DNA from: Octopus vulgaris
Taxonomy: Eukaryota
DNA length: 64,000 nt
NCBI GenBank assembly: GCA_951406725.2
Contig: OX597814.1
Location: forward strand, 157,542,001 to 157,606,000
Reading direction: 5' to 3'
A program made the translations under genes and the position numbers. Each line of letters opens with the position of its first letter. Positions within the stretch are counted from its first letter, which is position 1. Of the stretch, positions 40,340-55,439 are shown piece after piece. Under the pieces are notes generated by a model that was not told the origin of the DNA, did not search any database, and worked only from the letters and a program-made list of their open reading frames with translations.

Positions 40340-41070
40340 ACAAGGTTTGAATGCCAAAATGCTTGGAAAAGTCGTTCGAAGGTAACCGCTTTGAAATACT
40401 ATATTTTCAATTTCAATGAGCAAACCTTTATATTTTCTGAGCTTTGCGTATTCTTTTTCCGAGATATTATCACAGGGAATACTCATGTCGATCAATAAAC
40501 AGACATAATTGTTTTTTTCTTCTATAATATCCGCTTTATTAGGTATGATGGTTCGGTCTGTATATAATGGAAAGTCCCCAAGTATCGTTACATTTTTTTT
40601 TACCTTAGTAACAACTTCAGGGTGGGGATTATACCACTTGTCAGCAGTTTTAATTTTATTATGCCGACATATCAACTAATGTAGATATTGACCAATTCTG
40701 TTATGTCCTGATTTATACTCTACTGGTGCTGAGACTACATCCAGAGCTTAGCTAGTCAACTGTTTCAATCACATCTTTGCAGAATCAGCATTTTGAATCT
40801 ACTCCATTTTACATCGCATTGGGTCTGTAGTACCGGGCCAATATGCTTTGATCTTGAGTAGCTAAGAGGAAGCCTTGCTCTCTACTTTTAGCCCTGAGCT
40901 TCGTAGCCACTAATGGGTAGCTTCTGGTCAACAGCTGCTTCTTTGCTATGTGTCACATATTTGTCATGGTGTGGTTTCTGCTCCCACATATAAGCCGACT
41001 ACTCATGCTTTTTGTTTTTCAACTAATCTCACATTTTTTGTAACAACCTGGGCATCATGTATGTGATCAA
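40340..41070 (-). mobile_element. R4/Dong-clade 3' fragment
   Basis: DRTIIPNKADII, LLIDMSIPCD, KLRKYKGLLIEI. Confidence 0.75.
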
Positions 41071-41859
41071 TAGCAAATTCTTGCACAAAATTAGAGGTGA
41101 GAGTGAGTTACCATTGAAAATAACACAGTTGACGTTCATATTATCTACAGATAGTACTCCATTAGAGTGATATAATTAAAGATTCGTATTCCTCAATGAC
41201 ATATGCTCAAGAAATTTGAAATTACATGGGTACTTTTTTCCTAATTCTCATCTTTCACTCTTTCGAGACTTTCTCATTTGTCCTTACATCACCCTATCGT
41301 CTTACTGTATTCTTAGTTATTTATGTCTCTCATTATTCCACAGTGATGTAATGAACTTTTCTGGTAGCAATTAGCACCGAGCATTTATCTATAGCAAACT
41401 GCATTCCATTATATTTACTGTACAGACTCAGTGTTTGGGTAAAAGTAATCCAGATCTTACTAATTTTCTGTATATAGCTAGAGATCATCCATTTAAAGTG
41501 GTTTATTTTCATCTTAGTTTTCGTGAGCGGGACTGGATTTTCTCAGTATACTTTCAGTGGAATTTACATAATGAGGAAGAGTAAAGGAGAGAATGAGTCT
41601 CCATGGAAAATGACCCTGCGTATTTTCACGTTTCTTTGCGATTCATTTGTATATGTCAGTTCTACCTCTCATACTCGCATTGCTTTTTCCAAAAAGTTGT
41701 TTATTCAAGTGACCTATGACATTCCAAGAGCCAGCTGTGAGGGATAATATTCTAAGCCTACCTGTAATGTATCTATGCAACATCTAAATCCCTATTCTCA
41801 CTCATATTTTATTTAATATTCTACCAATACAATATATCTATCTACCTATCTATCGATAT

Positions 41860-42875
41860 ACATTCACTGCTTTCTTCCAAGGAATCTAGTGATCTTAGCT
41901 TAGTTTTTCCTTGGGGCTGGATAGATTGGAGTAATCTCGAGTATAACCAGCCGAAATTGCAAAGATAATCTGGAACTCGACTGAGGAAAGAAAACTCCCG
42001 CTTTTTATCCTCTTGCCCTGTTTTATCATCTGTCGGGATGTGTGCGTGCCTGCTTCATCTTTTGTATTCCTTTTTACATACATATGGCAGCGTACGTACA
42101 CTTTGGTCTCTTATATGTAAGTATGCACACACACACTCACTATATATATATATATATATTACGACTCTCTTATTCTTTCATTCGTTCCTTCTTTTTATCA
42201 GCCCCTTCTCAATTACTTTGTTCTTTCCACGTCTTCTTTCTTTCGTTCCCCTTCTCTCACATTTCCTGGCTTTCTCGTCATCCTCACATTCCCTCCTCTT
42301 TCAATTCGCTCTGTCGCTTTCCGTTTTTTTCTCGTCCTTCCCTAATTCTTCTATCCCTCTACCTCTACCTCTCCCCTTTCTCTCCACGTTACCGGTGTTT
42401 GGCTAAGCCTGATCTTTCTTTCTTGGTTCGACTACCATCCGTGCAACATCTATATTACTCCTCATTTTTGTCGTCTCTTACATCCTTGCAGTAAAGCTTC
42501 ACTTCCACACACGCCAGCTTAATTTAATTCCTCCTTAGTCGAAAGACACCTGTTGTTAATGACCTGTTATTTGCATTTGTATTTGTGTACCATTTCTCCC
42601 TTCTTTTCCGTCCTTGTTTTCGTATACATTCGCTGCTTTCTTCCAAGAAATCTAGTGCTCTTCGCTTAGTTTTTCCTTGGAGCTGGCCAGATTGGAGCAA
42701 TCTCGAGTATATCCAGCCGAAATTGCAAAGATAATTTGGAACTCAACTGAGGAAAGAAAACTCCGAGCAACCCGTTTTTTCTTGTCCGTTTTTTGTATCA
42801 TCTATCTGGATGTTTTGTTGTCCCTTTTAGTATCATCTAGCTCTCTGGATGTGTTGCTTTCTGGTCCCATCTTTG
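41860..42875 (+). repeat. Unclassified interspersed repeat (copies 3 and 4, partial tandem)
   Basis: About 41860-42040 recurs at about 42625-42815. Confidence 0.7.
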
Positions 42876-42879
42876 TATT

Positions 42880-43620
42880 CCTTAGATCAAAAGTTAAACT
42901 TGATTTCTTTCTACATTCTCTTTGCTCCTTTGACAATAGATCCACCTTTAATTATATGCTTCATCTGGTGTGAGGCCACTTAATGTTTCTTTCCTGAATA
43001 GTGGTAAGCAAATAATAGGTCAATAATTGCTGACTTCCCCTCTCTTTTCGTAGTCATTCTAGATCAGTACTCTCCTTCCTTTTGTCATCCATGCTGGTGT
43101 TCCATTTTTTCATGCAATGAGTAAAAAATGGTCGTATATAGGTGTGTATACTTGGAAAGTATTGAGCCAGAAACAACGGACACCATCTGTCCCAGGGTAT
43201 TTCCAGTTTGGAATTTTCTTCAACATGCTCTTTAGTTTCTTATCCGTGATAGTTATATTTCCTTGTGTCCTTATATCTTCCATTTCTCCTTAAAATCCCT
43301 TAATAGAATTTTCTTGCTGTTTCAGCATCTGACATATTGTTTCCCTAATTCATTTAACTTTGTTCAGTTGTTTTATAGAATTTTTCTTCCATTGTTCTTG
43401 AAGAGCCTATTCTTCTGTCACTGATGTGTTCTCTGTTGGCATCTATAATTTTTTCTCCTTCCCTGATTTGGTTTCTTTGTTCTCGTTCTCTAACTGTTTA
43501 CTGTCCCTTATGACTTTTGCTGATTCTCTGCCGTCCTTTCCTGAGCCTTTCTTTCAACCTCTCCTTTTTATCATTGTATTTATCCATCCTAAAACTCTTT
43601 TGAGCTGCACAATTTGATTC
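42880..43620 (-). mobile_element. R4/Dong-clade RT N-terminal fragment
   Basis: - strand frames with NWKYPGTDGVRCFWL and TPAWMTKGRRVLI-like motifs. Confidence 0.6.
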
Positions 43621-43696
43621 TCAAGCCTTCTTCTTCTCCTTCTCCTCCTCCTCCTCTTCCTCCTTCTACTACTACTACTACTACTACTACTTCTAG

Positions 43697-44189
43697 GTCA
43701 CAGAAACGTCACAGAAAACGAGAAAGCAACCATACTCTGGCATATGCCAATACACACAGATAGAGAAATTAAGGCCAATATGCCAGATATGCTTGTCAGA
43801 GATCATGACGCTAAAAATGCTTTCTTTTTGATGTATCACTACCAGAAGATGACAACGATTCTCTAAAAGAAATGGAGAACTTTAGAAATGCGACGATCTG
43901 GAAATAGAGGTAACTCGAATGTGAAATCTAAAAACAGAAACAAATCGTATATTAGTGAGCGCATTAGGTATGATAAAAAGTATCCAGACAAATATATAAC
44001 AAAAACACCAGGACTTACAAATTTATATAACGTACAGTATGTTGCACTACTGGGCACTGCACACATCCTACGCAAATCACTTTCAATACAGTAACCATAA
44101 GAGCATCACAGCAAACCACTGCATATACCCAAGGCACACAGAGCTGTGCTCGGAAGTGAAATGAAAGCACGTTATAAAAATAAAAATAC

Positions 44190-44200
<11 letters not shown>
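43697..44200 (+). mobile_element. R4/Dong family A, 5'-truncated, followed by long (TAA)n
   Basis: KTPGLTNLYNVQYVALLGTAHILRKSLSIQ plus the family A 3' UTR. Confidence 0.88.
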
Positions 44201-44350
<150 letters not shown>

Positions 44351-44469
44351 CACAACAAAATGGAACCATTGATCAAGACAACAAAAGGAGACAATTGATC
44401 AAAACAACATAATGAAAGCATTATTCAAAACAACAAAATGAATCCCTTTTTCAAAGTAACAAAAGGAAA

Positions 44470-45165
44470 CCATTGATGAAAACAACGAACTGAAACCATT
44501 GATCATGTTGTCTCTTTGTGCGCCTACAATGTGTCTCAATAGGCATGATAGAGCAGTACGATATATTCAATGGCTAATTTGCAAAAACTTGGACCTACCC
44601 CATGATAAAAACTGGTGGGAACACAAACCACCTCTAGTGCTTGAAAATGATCACATCTCAATGCTCTGGTGCTTCATTCAAATTGACAGAAAGATAGACG
44701 TGAATAGGCCAGACAATATATTGAAACGCTTCAGACATTGATATGACTGTCCCAATCGACATAAATGTATTTGTCAAGACCAACCCAAAGCTGGGCAATT
44801 ATAAATATCTTGAAAGGGAAATTGCTGAATTACGGGACCTCACGACTAACAGAAATGTGTTGTCATATTAATAACAAAAGTAGCTGATTTCTACATAGCT
44901 CAGATACCAGAAAACGCTAAAATTGCAGAAATTACAATGATAATGCTCATGGGAACTGTTCACATCCTTCGCAAAATACTGTCTATGTAATCTCAAATTT
45001 AAAACAAACCTATAAAACATTCTCTAGAACTACACCATGTACAAAACCAAATGTATGAAAACCTAGGCATAACTCTTAACATGAACTTCTAACTTGCTCT
45101 CTGTTGAGGTCTCTGGGTGAGACTTGGAATCAACTTGTACGAATACAAAGCAAAAGTCAAACAAA
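44470..45165 (+). mobile_element. R4/Dong family B 3' fragment with (TAA)n tail
   Basis: NRHDRAVRYIQWLICKNLDLPH, DRKIDVNRPD; family B 3' UTR. Confidence 0.85.
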
Positions 45166-45170
45166 TAATG

Positions 45171-45234
<64 letters not shown>

Positions 45235-45244
45235 CAACAACAAT

Positions 45245-46480
45245 AACAAAACTCATACTAAAATTCAACTCCAAAACTTCCATGGAAGCCATTAACATCC
45301 TGGCACTTCCAGTAGTCCAGTACAGTTTTAACATCATTAAAAGGAATGTTGCAGAACTCCATTGCCTGGGCAATAAGAAAAGGAAACTCCTAACATCTAA
45401 AAATATGCGCCACCTGGAAGCAGACGTTGATCGTCTGTCCCTACCTAGAAGAAATGGGGGAAGAGAAATGATGCATGTAGAACTGTGCTATAAGTCCTCC
45501 ACAACAGCAATGAACAAGTACTTACCAAGTACAGAGGACTGGATACTGCGGCTAGCGTACGTATACGAAAGCAGCAAAAAATCACATTCTATTGTCGAAG
45601 CTTGCAAATTTTCAAATTCGAATTAATCCTGAATTGGGTGAAGAACTTGGAACCACTGCTACCAAATAAGCAAAATGGATCAAACAGACTGCAAAAAAGA
45701 ACGGGTGGAAACAGATTTAGGAGCAGTGGCGCAAACAAAGCCTCTGCATGGACAGTATATAATTTGAAGCCGAAATGCTGATGTAGACCAAGTAACAACC
45801 CATCAGTTGGGTTCAGGAGAAGTTCAGGACTGAAAACAGAAACAGGTGGTTTCATATTAGCGACACAATGTTAAAGCATGCTTACCAAAATCTAACGTTC
45901 TTCAAAACAGTGCTGACTCTAAATGCACATTCTACGATAAATTTGATGAAACGATAGACCATGTCGTCTCGGGATGTCCTGTGCTGACACCAAGCGAATA
46001 CATAAATCATCACGATAGTGTAGGACAGTATTTACATTAGAAAATGTGTAAATACTACAAAAGCTGCAGTCCTGCTTGTTGGTAGCAACATCATCCTGAG
46101 TCAGTCGTTGAAAGTAGAAACGTCACTATCGTCAGCGAGTTTTCAGTCAATAGCGACTAATCCACCAATCATAGTCATTAAAGACTAGGACGAAAATACT
46201 TGTAGACTAATAGATGTAAGGGTTCCCACGGATGTAAATATGTATGTAAAAGAATTTAAAAATTAAGTAAATATAAGGACCTGGAAATTAAAGTACAAAA
46301 GATATGGCATCTTAAAGCAAGAACTCTTCCTGTAATTGTGGGTGCCCTAGGTATGATAAGAAAGGGATGGGAGAGATATCTAGATATTATCCCAAGAGAA
46401 CCATGTCTCAGAGATATCTGAAAGATTATGCTAAGTACAGCTTACATCCTTAGAAAGACCCTATGAATTTAAATGTTTGT
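45245..46480 (+). mobile_element. R4/Dong family C 3' fragment
   Basis: AINILALPVVQYSF, DVDRLSLPRRNGGR, downstream REL motifs. Confidence 0.8.
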
Positions 46481-46631
46481 GTTGTATTACATGAAGATAT
46501 TCCATTAGTGCCCCTGCCACTTCCCCTCTCCAAGCTTTCATTCATATTGTAACATCTCTTATCCTTCATTCACCCTAGGATTGTGGGTATGTCTCAGCAA
46601 GTGATAGTAACAAACATGCATATTCAAAGTA

Positions 46632-46632
46632 A

Positions 46633-46668
<36 letters not shown>

Positions 46669-46740
46669 TTGATGATGACGATGACGATGACGATGATGAT
46701 GATGATGGTGATGATGGTGATGATGGTGATGATGGTGATG

Positions 46741-46812
<72 letters not shown>

Positions 46813-46891
46813 CAGGTGATGCTGCTGCTGCTGATGATGATTGTGATGATGATGATGATGCTGATGATGATGATGATGATGATGATGCTGA

Positions 46892-46923
<32 letters not shown>

Positions 46924-47002
46924 ATGGTGATGATGGTGATGATGGTGATGATGGTGATGATGGGGATGCTGTTGATGATGATGATGTTGATGATGGTGAT
47001 GT

Positions 47003-47040
<38 letters not shown>

Positions 47041-47240
47041 GTGGTGATGATGGTGATGATGGTGATGATGGTGATGATGGTGATGATGTAGATGATGGTG
47101 ATGGTGATGATGATGATGATGATGATGGTGATGATGATAATGATGATGATGATGATGATGATGGTGATGATGGTGATGATGGTGATGATGGGGATGATGT
47201 TGATGATGGTGATGATGATGATGACGATGATGATGATGAC

Positions 47241-47296
<56 letters not shown>

Positions 47297-47305
47297 CGAC
47301 GATGG
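46632..47305. repeat. ~670-bp (GAT)n-based microsatellite with GGT/GCT/GAC variants
   Basis: Read directly. Confidence 0.95.
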
Positions 47306-47569
47306 TGTGAAACATGTGCGAAAAACTCATGGTAAATCAACTTCGGAAAGTGTAGAAATTATTAAATATATAAGTGGAACAAATCAATAAGTACGCAAAT
47401 TGATTAATTGCGGATACACTCGAATGTCTACACAATCATATATACATTTTAATACCCATAGGACTACACATATACACCAATGTTTACACAACTGTGTGAA
47501 ATTTACAGGACCCATACGTGCATATGAAAGGACGAGTCACAAACGAAGCAAAAAGACATACATTTTTTA

Positions 47570-50500
47570 TTTTATTTTTCGAACTAAGACAGAGAGAGTT
47601 AGTTCATATATTTCATATATTTAAAAACACCACAAAAACTGTGTCCGGGGATAAATCTATCAACAAATACAATACAGATGTAAACAGATATGTTAGGCTA
47701 AAGAAGCTACGTTACGAGCAATGTTTTCATTCAAAGAACTCGGAGGCGGTGTTGTCTCAAAAAATTAATCCCTAAACAGACATATCTGCTTCCTAATGTC
47801 GACGTCCAAGCTCGTCATGCTACAATGATAATAAAGTAAAATACACACCAGATCCGCCTTCACCCGTATAAACAAGGGTCGTGTAACCCAGTGAGGAACC
47901 AGATCGAATATTAAAATCAGCTACTGGTTCAAATCTTCCGAAACACAGACGATGGAAGTACCTCACAACTGGAATATTCCAACAGATGGCCATCCACGCT
48001 CGTCATTTAATAACCAAAAGAAAAAGAATGCAAAATGTTCTAGGAGAGATAATAAAGAATTCTTAAGGCCTTCTATCATGCAAATATATCTAATACTAAA
48101 CAAACCTACCTAAGGGGGAGACGGAAGCAGCTAGAAGTAAGACCCTATATATAGGCTGTAACAAATTTGCCAACATTGGCAGAAAAAGGAAATTACTAAT
48201 TGAATTAGAGATTGAAAAAAAGAAGCAATCAATGAGGGATAAAGGCAACGAAAATGCAGCCAGAGAAGATACTACAGAGGAAATAATTATAGACCAGTCC
48301 AGGTTTGATAAAAATGCCGTAATGATTGAAAGAGTTAATGTACGCAAAGTGAATTACTTTCTGAAACAACCATAGACACTAAGGCAGATGAAAATCAAAT
48401 AGATGAACAAAGTCATACAGAAATTGACCCAATAGAACTACATGATATAAAATATCAAATCATGATTGAATGGCTGAAAACTTTAAAAAACAGCATGAAT
48501 GAATGTGACACTCTCCCAATAATTCGCAAATCTAACCAAAACCTGAAAGGAATTGTTGCACCTAAGGATTTACTTTTAGCCAATGATGTTCATATTACAG
48601 ATTCAACCACCTGTACTATGCATCCGCGAAAATTTCAACGATTCTATGTGGTGAAAAGATTAGAAAACGACAACATTCCCACAAAAAGCCTAGATTCTTC
48701 TTGGACAACAACATGTTTCAAAATAACCCAAAACAGTTTTATAGAAAGATAGGGAAAGCACCAGTTACAGTAAAGTCTGTCCCATCAAAAGAAGAAGTGC
48801 AGCAGAAGAATCACACAGTGAAAAGTCCCTTTAGATTGATAGAATATCTGCAGACTTAGACTCATTAGAAGAGTAAAAGTGGGAGGGTATCAAGGCAGAA
48901 GATGTAAGATCTGCTCTTAGGAAGTTAAGCAAATGGAAATCTCCAGGAAAGGATAAAATTCCTAAGCTCTGGCTGAATGCCTTTCCAGAGAGCTATGAAT
49001 TGCTAACAAAACTTTACAACAATGTTTTGAAACAACCTAGTATGATCCCCTCTTGGTTAGTTAATGGTATAACATTCACATTACTAAAAAATGAAGAAAC
49101 AAATGAACCAAAACATTATTGACTCATCACCTGCTTAACAATAATGTATAAAATACTAACATCTGTCTTGACTCAATATACCTATAGTCTTTTAATATAA
49201 AGTGGTATATTACCTAATGGGCAAAAAGGATTTAAATGTTTGTTTTATGGTTATAAAGATCAGCTACTCATCAATGAGATGAACGACTGTCACAAACGAC
49301 ACAAAAACTTGTCGATAGTGTGGGTAGACTATAAAAATCTTTTAATAGTCTACCACATAGCTGGATTAAGAAATGTCTGGAAATGTATAAAATAGAAGCT
49401 ACTCTGCCAAACGTCTTGTCTGTATGAGATCATGGAGAAACACACTGACATTAAACAGTGATAATGAATCTCTCAATGCTGGAGATGTAAGACATTCATT
49501 TGGCATTTTCCAGGGTAACAGGGTAACTCTCTATCACAGCTACTCTTTTGTCTCGACTTAATACCTCTCTCGAAATTACTCGATGGTGTACAATGCGGCT
49601 ATAAAATGTTTGATAAAAGTATAAATCATCTCATTTACATGGATGATTTAAAGCTCTTCGCAAAAACTGACCAACAACTTAATAGCGATTGGTAAACGAT
49701 TCAGTGATAACATCAGGATGCGATCTGGGGTCGCTAAATGTGCAAAAGCTACTTTTATCCAAGGGAAAATGACAGAAACATCAAACGTTATTCTTGACCA
49801 GCTGAATGTCGTAAAGGATTTGGACCCAGCGGGGGGCTACAAATAGCTAGGGGTATTTTAATGCGATGGAGTCAAACATTGAATAATGAGGGAAAGTATC
49901 AGAAGAGAATGTTATCGCAGGGTAAGGGCAATACTCAAGACAGAGCTGAATGCCAGAAACAGAATCGAAGCGTTCAATACTTTAGCCATGCCGGTCGTGG
50001 CTTACAGTTTCAAAATCATCAACTGATTAATTATTGGAATATATAATCTTGACAGAAAAATACGAAAATTGCTGACAATGCATAGAATGGCTCACAATAA
50101 GATAGATATTAAACAACTTTACCTGGCAAGAAAAGAGGGTGGTCTTGGGCTTTTACAACTGGAACTAACAATGGAGATTGCCACAGTCGGCCTAGACACC
50201 TACCTGAAAAAATCTGCTGACTGGATATTAAAACTTGTTTTAAAGCATGAAAACAAGAATGCATAATTACTCAGTAACAAAACAGGCCAAGGAATATCTA
50301 AATGAATTCCAAATACAACAAATCCTAGAATTAGACGTACTGGAAACAAGCACAGAAAAAGCTATGCGTATGAAAACCCTTGGTAAAACTGCTGCCTTAG
50401 ATATTCTTACTGATAAATGGCAAGAAAAAACACTCAATGGAAAATACACAATGAGAGCTAATAGTGCCAATGTTGACAAAGCCCTTACCCATCAATGGCT

Positions 50501-51370
50501 AGTGTCTTCTGGATTAAAGATAGAAACAGACGGCTTTATCATAGAAGCCCAAGATCAATGCCGACCTATAAGGAACTACTATGCCATTATTAAAGAACGA
50601 CAGCAGTAGCCCAACAATACTGCTTATGAAAGGCAACAAAATGGACCCATTAATTATGTTGTCTCCCTGTGCGGTCTTCTTGCGCCTACATAATATCTCA
50701 ACTGGCATGATAGAGCAGCACAATATATTCTCTGGGAAATTTTCAAAAACCTGCACCTGCCCCATGATAAAAACTGATGGGAACGCAACCCACGTACAAT
50801 GCTTGATAAGGTTCACATCTCAATCATCTGGACCTTCATCATTCAAACTGACAGAAAGATAGATGCAAATAGGCCAGACATTTTATTGATAGACTTCAGA
50901 TAAAAATCATGCTTCCTTGTTGATATGACTGTACAAATCGACATAAATTTATATGTCGAGATCCACCAAAAACTGAGCAAGTATAAAGATCTTGAAATAG
51001 AAATTAACAAAATGTGGAACCTGAAGACTACAAAAAATACCAGTTGTCATAGGTGCCCTAGGAATGATAGCAAAAGTGGCTGATTCCGACGTAGCTCAGA
51101 TACCAGAAAACCCCAAAATAGCAGAAATTCAAAAGATGGGAACTGCTCATATCCTACCTAAATTACTGTCTATGTCATCATAAATTTTAAAACAAATATA
51201 TAATTTTCTTGTTTTCTGAAACATTCTCTAGAACAATACTATGTGCAAAACCAAATATATGACACCTTAAGCATAATGCCAATATGAACTTCTAACTTGT
51301 TGTCGCTCAAATTCTCTAGTTGAGACTTTGTGTCAATTTGTACAAATACAATGCCAAAGTCAAGCATAAT
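47570..51370 (+). mobile_element. R4/Dong family B, near full length and degenerate
   Basis: 5' region homologous to 59700-60600 (- strand); RT motifs ...YKDQLL, HLIYMDDLKLFAK; family B 3' UTR at about 51180-51370. Confidence 0.88.
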
Positions 51371-51389
51371 AATGTTGAATAATAATTAG

Positions 51390-51916
<527 letters not shown>

Positions 51917-54850
51917 AAAAAGTGATATCACTGAGCTAAATAACCTAATATACGCAGCAGCCACTGCAGCCACAAAAGAAGCTGGATACTCACCCAAACC
52001 CGCCCAAACAGGAGTACCACCACCCAAACAAACCCTGTGGATAAAAAACATCCAAAGCAAAATAAAAAAAATTAGAAAAGACCTGTCGATTCTTAATGAA
52101 ATCAGCAAACAATCAACGCTACTGAGCAACAAAAAGAGAACAGAAATACTCCGCAAATATAACATCACAGAGAAAGATTTGCGTGAAATAAAAGAAAAGC
52201 TGAAGCAAGATATCCTTGCCAAAGCACAAAGGATCCGCCGGTACAAGAAACGCCAACGCTTCTTTGAAGGAAACAAAAAGTTCAACTCTAACCCCAAAAA
52301 GTTCTACCAAGAACTGGGAAAAATAAAATAGAAGTCACTGCAGCACCAACGGCAGAAGAATTGGAAGAATTCTGGAGAGAAATATGGTCGGCGAATGAAC
52401 CACCAAAAAAAAGGAGTATCAGAATAACAAACTCGGCATCTGAAAAACTTTGGACCCCCATAACAACTGAAGAGGTCACCCAAGCTCTGCAAAGACTAAG
52501 CAACTGGAAGGCACCTGGGCATGACAAGATCCCCAACTTCTGGTTGAAATATCTAACAGGAATGCACAAAAAGCTGTCTGAAAACTTTAACAACGTACTA
52601 GCAGAGCCAGAGACAATGCCTGAATGGCTCACGAAGGGGAAAACCATCTTAATTCCCAAATCAAATGAAATAGAAAAACCAGAAAACTACAGACCAATAA
52701 CCTGCCTCCCTACTATGTTCAAGGCATTTACTGCAGTGATATCACAAAGGCTGAACAAGCACCTGGACGAAAACACACTGTTCCCAGAAGAGCAGAAAGG
52801 ATGCCGCAAAGGCTCATATGGCTGTAAAGATCAACTAATGATTAATAAAGCCATAACTGAAGACAGCCACAGAAAGAAGAAAGGCCTCAGTATGGCCTGG
52901 ATTGATTACAAAAAGGCGTTTGATAGCATCCCCCACACATGGATCCTCGAAACATTAGCCATTAACAAAGTCGCACCAACAATCATAAAATTCATAGAGC
53001 ACTCTATGAATAAATGGCAAACAAAAGAGGGACTCATGAAAACCAAAGACATCCCCATTAAAAGAGGAATATTCCAGGGAGACACGCTCTCTCCACTCCT
53101 TTTCTGCTTGGCACTGTCACCTCTATCTGATATGCTAAATAGAACTGGATGCGGATATAAATGTTACGGCAAAACGATCAGCCACCTTTTATATATGGAT
53201 GACCTAAAACTATACGCTGCAAATGACAAACAGCTGGAAACACTATTAAAGACAGTTCATGGATTTACCAAAGAAATAGATATGAAATTTGGATTAGAAA
53301 AATGCGCCAAAGTAACCATGAAAAGAGGAAAACTACTTAAGAGTAACAACATCACACTAGATAAAACCAATGAAAAAGAAGAATTAGACCAAAGCCAAAC
53401 TTACAAATACTTAGGAATCCATGAACTAGATAAGACACAACACACACAAATGAAAGAGAAAATAAAAAAAGAATATTATAGACGAGTTAGATCAATACTA
53501 AAAACAGAGCTCAATGCTAAAAACAAGATAATAGGTATCAACACTTTAGCTGTCCCAGTTATAAGTTACAGCTACAATATCCTTAACTGGACACGAAATG
53601 AACTGACCAAAATAGATAGGAAAACAAGAAAAATAATGACAGGATCTAGGATGCATCACCCAAAATCTGACATAGAAAGACTATATATACAACGTATAGA
53701 AGGTGGTAGAGGCCTTATACAGCTGGAAAACTACTATAAAATAACCACCATAGGACTGCAAAAATATCTACTACAGAAGGAAGGAAAACTGATCCAGATA
53801 GCGGCAAAACACGAGCAAAACAAAAAACTGTTCTCAGTATTTAAGGAAGCTGACAAATACAAACAAGAAATCATACCACCTAATAAACATGAAGAAGAAG
53901 AAGAAGAAGAAGATGAAGAAACAACAAAAGCTATAAAACAAATGAAATCCAAACTAAAAATAGAACAGCAACGAACCATGATAAAACGATGGCAAGAAAA
54001 GCCCCTTCATGGTAAATACTGGACTAAACTAAACGCAAAAGAAATAGACAAAGAAAAATCCCAGCAATGGTTGAGAAGCTCAGGACTCAAAGCAGAAACA
54101 GAGGGATTTTTAATTGCAGCACAAGACCAAAGCCTCCCCACCTGAAATTACCAAAAACATGTAATGAAAAGAAATATTACAAGTAACTGCAGAATATGTG
54201 GAGATGGACAAGAAACAATAAATCATATTATCTCTAGCTGCCCAGTCTTGGCTAAGGAGGAATATATTCACAGACATGACAGAGTTGGAACCTACATACA
54301 TTGGAAGCTATGCCAACATTATGGAATAACAACAGAAAAAAGATGGTATAGGCACACACCAGAAAAGGTCACAGAAAACGAGAAAGCAACCATACTCTGG
54401 GATATGCCGATACACACAGATAGAGAAATTAAGGCCAACAGACCAGATATAGTTGTCAGAGATAATGAAGAAAAAAATTCTTTCTAATTGATGTATCAAT
54501 ACCGGCTGATGACAACGTGTCTCTAAAAGAAATGGAGAAACTCTCAAAATACAAAGACCTAGAAATAGAGGTAACTAGAATGTGGAATCTGAAAACAGAA
54601 ACAATTCCTATCATAGTAGGTGCATTAGGCATGATAAAAAAATATTCAGACAAATACATAACAAAAACACCAGGACTTACAAACACATATAACATACAGA
54701 AAATTGCACTACTAGGCACTGCACACATCCTACGCAGAACACTTTCCATACAATAACCATCAGAGCATCACAACAAATCACAGCACATACCCAAGGCACA
54801 CAGAGCTGCGCTCGGTAGTGAAGTGAAAGCACGCTATAAAAATAAAACTA

Positions 54851-54880
<30 letters not shown>
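51917..54880 (+). mobile_element. R4/Dong family A, young 5'-truncated copy (RT, CCHC knuckle, REL endonuclease)
   Basis: 594-aa ORF 52361-54145 with complete RT (YRPITCLP, KAFDSIPH, GIFQGDTLSP, YMDD). In-frame TGA at 54143-54145, then CRICG..ETINHIISSC and RPDIVV. Frameshifts at about 52320 and 54475; (TAA)n on both sides. Confidence 0.95.
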
Positions 54881-54881
<1 letters not shown>

Positions 54882-55439
54882 GATGCCCTGATGCAGTACA
54901 AGGCAGTGGCCCTCATGGCTTCTGATTTTAACTGATTGGAAGTGTTATCATGTACATTGTTTTGTCTTGTTATAAAAGATGGTCTACAGCAAATATTCTG
55001 CTCAATACCACAGATTTGCTTGTCAGTTGTTTGACCTTAACCAGTTGAGCATGTCTCTTAATGGCTGACGATATGTGCATCGCTGATCACGAGCAGAAGT
55101 AGTGTGGGAGCATCATAGCCATGTGTTGATAGGGATCCTTTGGGGTTTGAATAATTCCCCTCTGGAAACATGGGTGTTTCGTTCAACATCCTTAAACAAC
55201 CCTTATTCAGGAACCTTTTGAGTGGGATGGGTTACTCGACCAGAAGAAAATTCTAACTGGGCTCCACCTGCAAGGTCATGTGCTGTTTATCTTGATATGA
55301 GATCACCATGTCGCGCACATATGGTAGTGATGCATATGCTTTGTGTACACTTATCAGACAAGTAGTCATGATGGGTATACTGGGCTTCGTATATCTGTAC
55401 CTCAGTGCCACTTTGGTGGCATACGCTGCTCTTTCACTC

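Noticed and set aside
46575-47340. Long poly-His/poly-Ile/poly-Met ORFs
   Set aside because: Translations of a (GAT)n microsatellite; no splice or compositional support.
47570-47850. HDV-like ribozyme at the R4 family B 5' end
   Set aside because: Plausible from related clades, but I could not build the nested double pseudoknot from this sequence.
54143-54860. Selenocysteine reading of the shared TGA
   Set aside because: The homologous residue is Arg, not Cys, and I could not identify a SECIS in the short 3' UTR.
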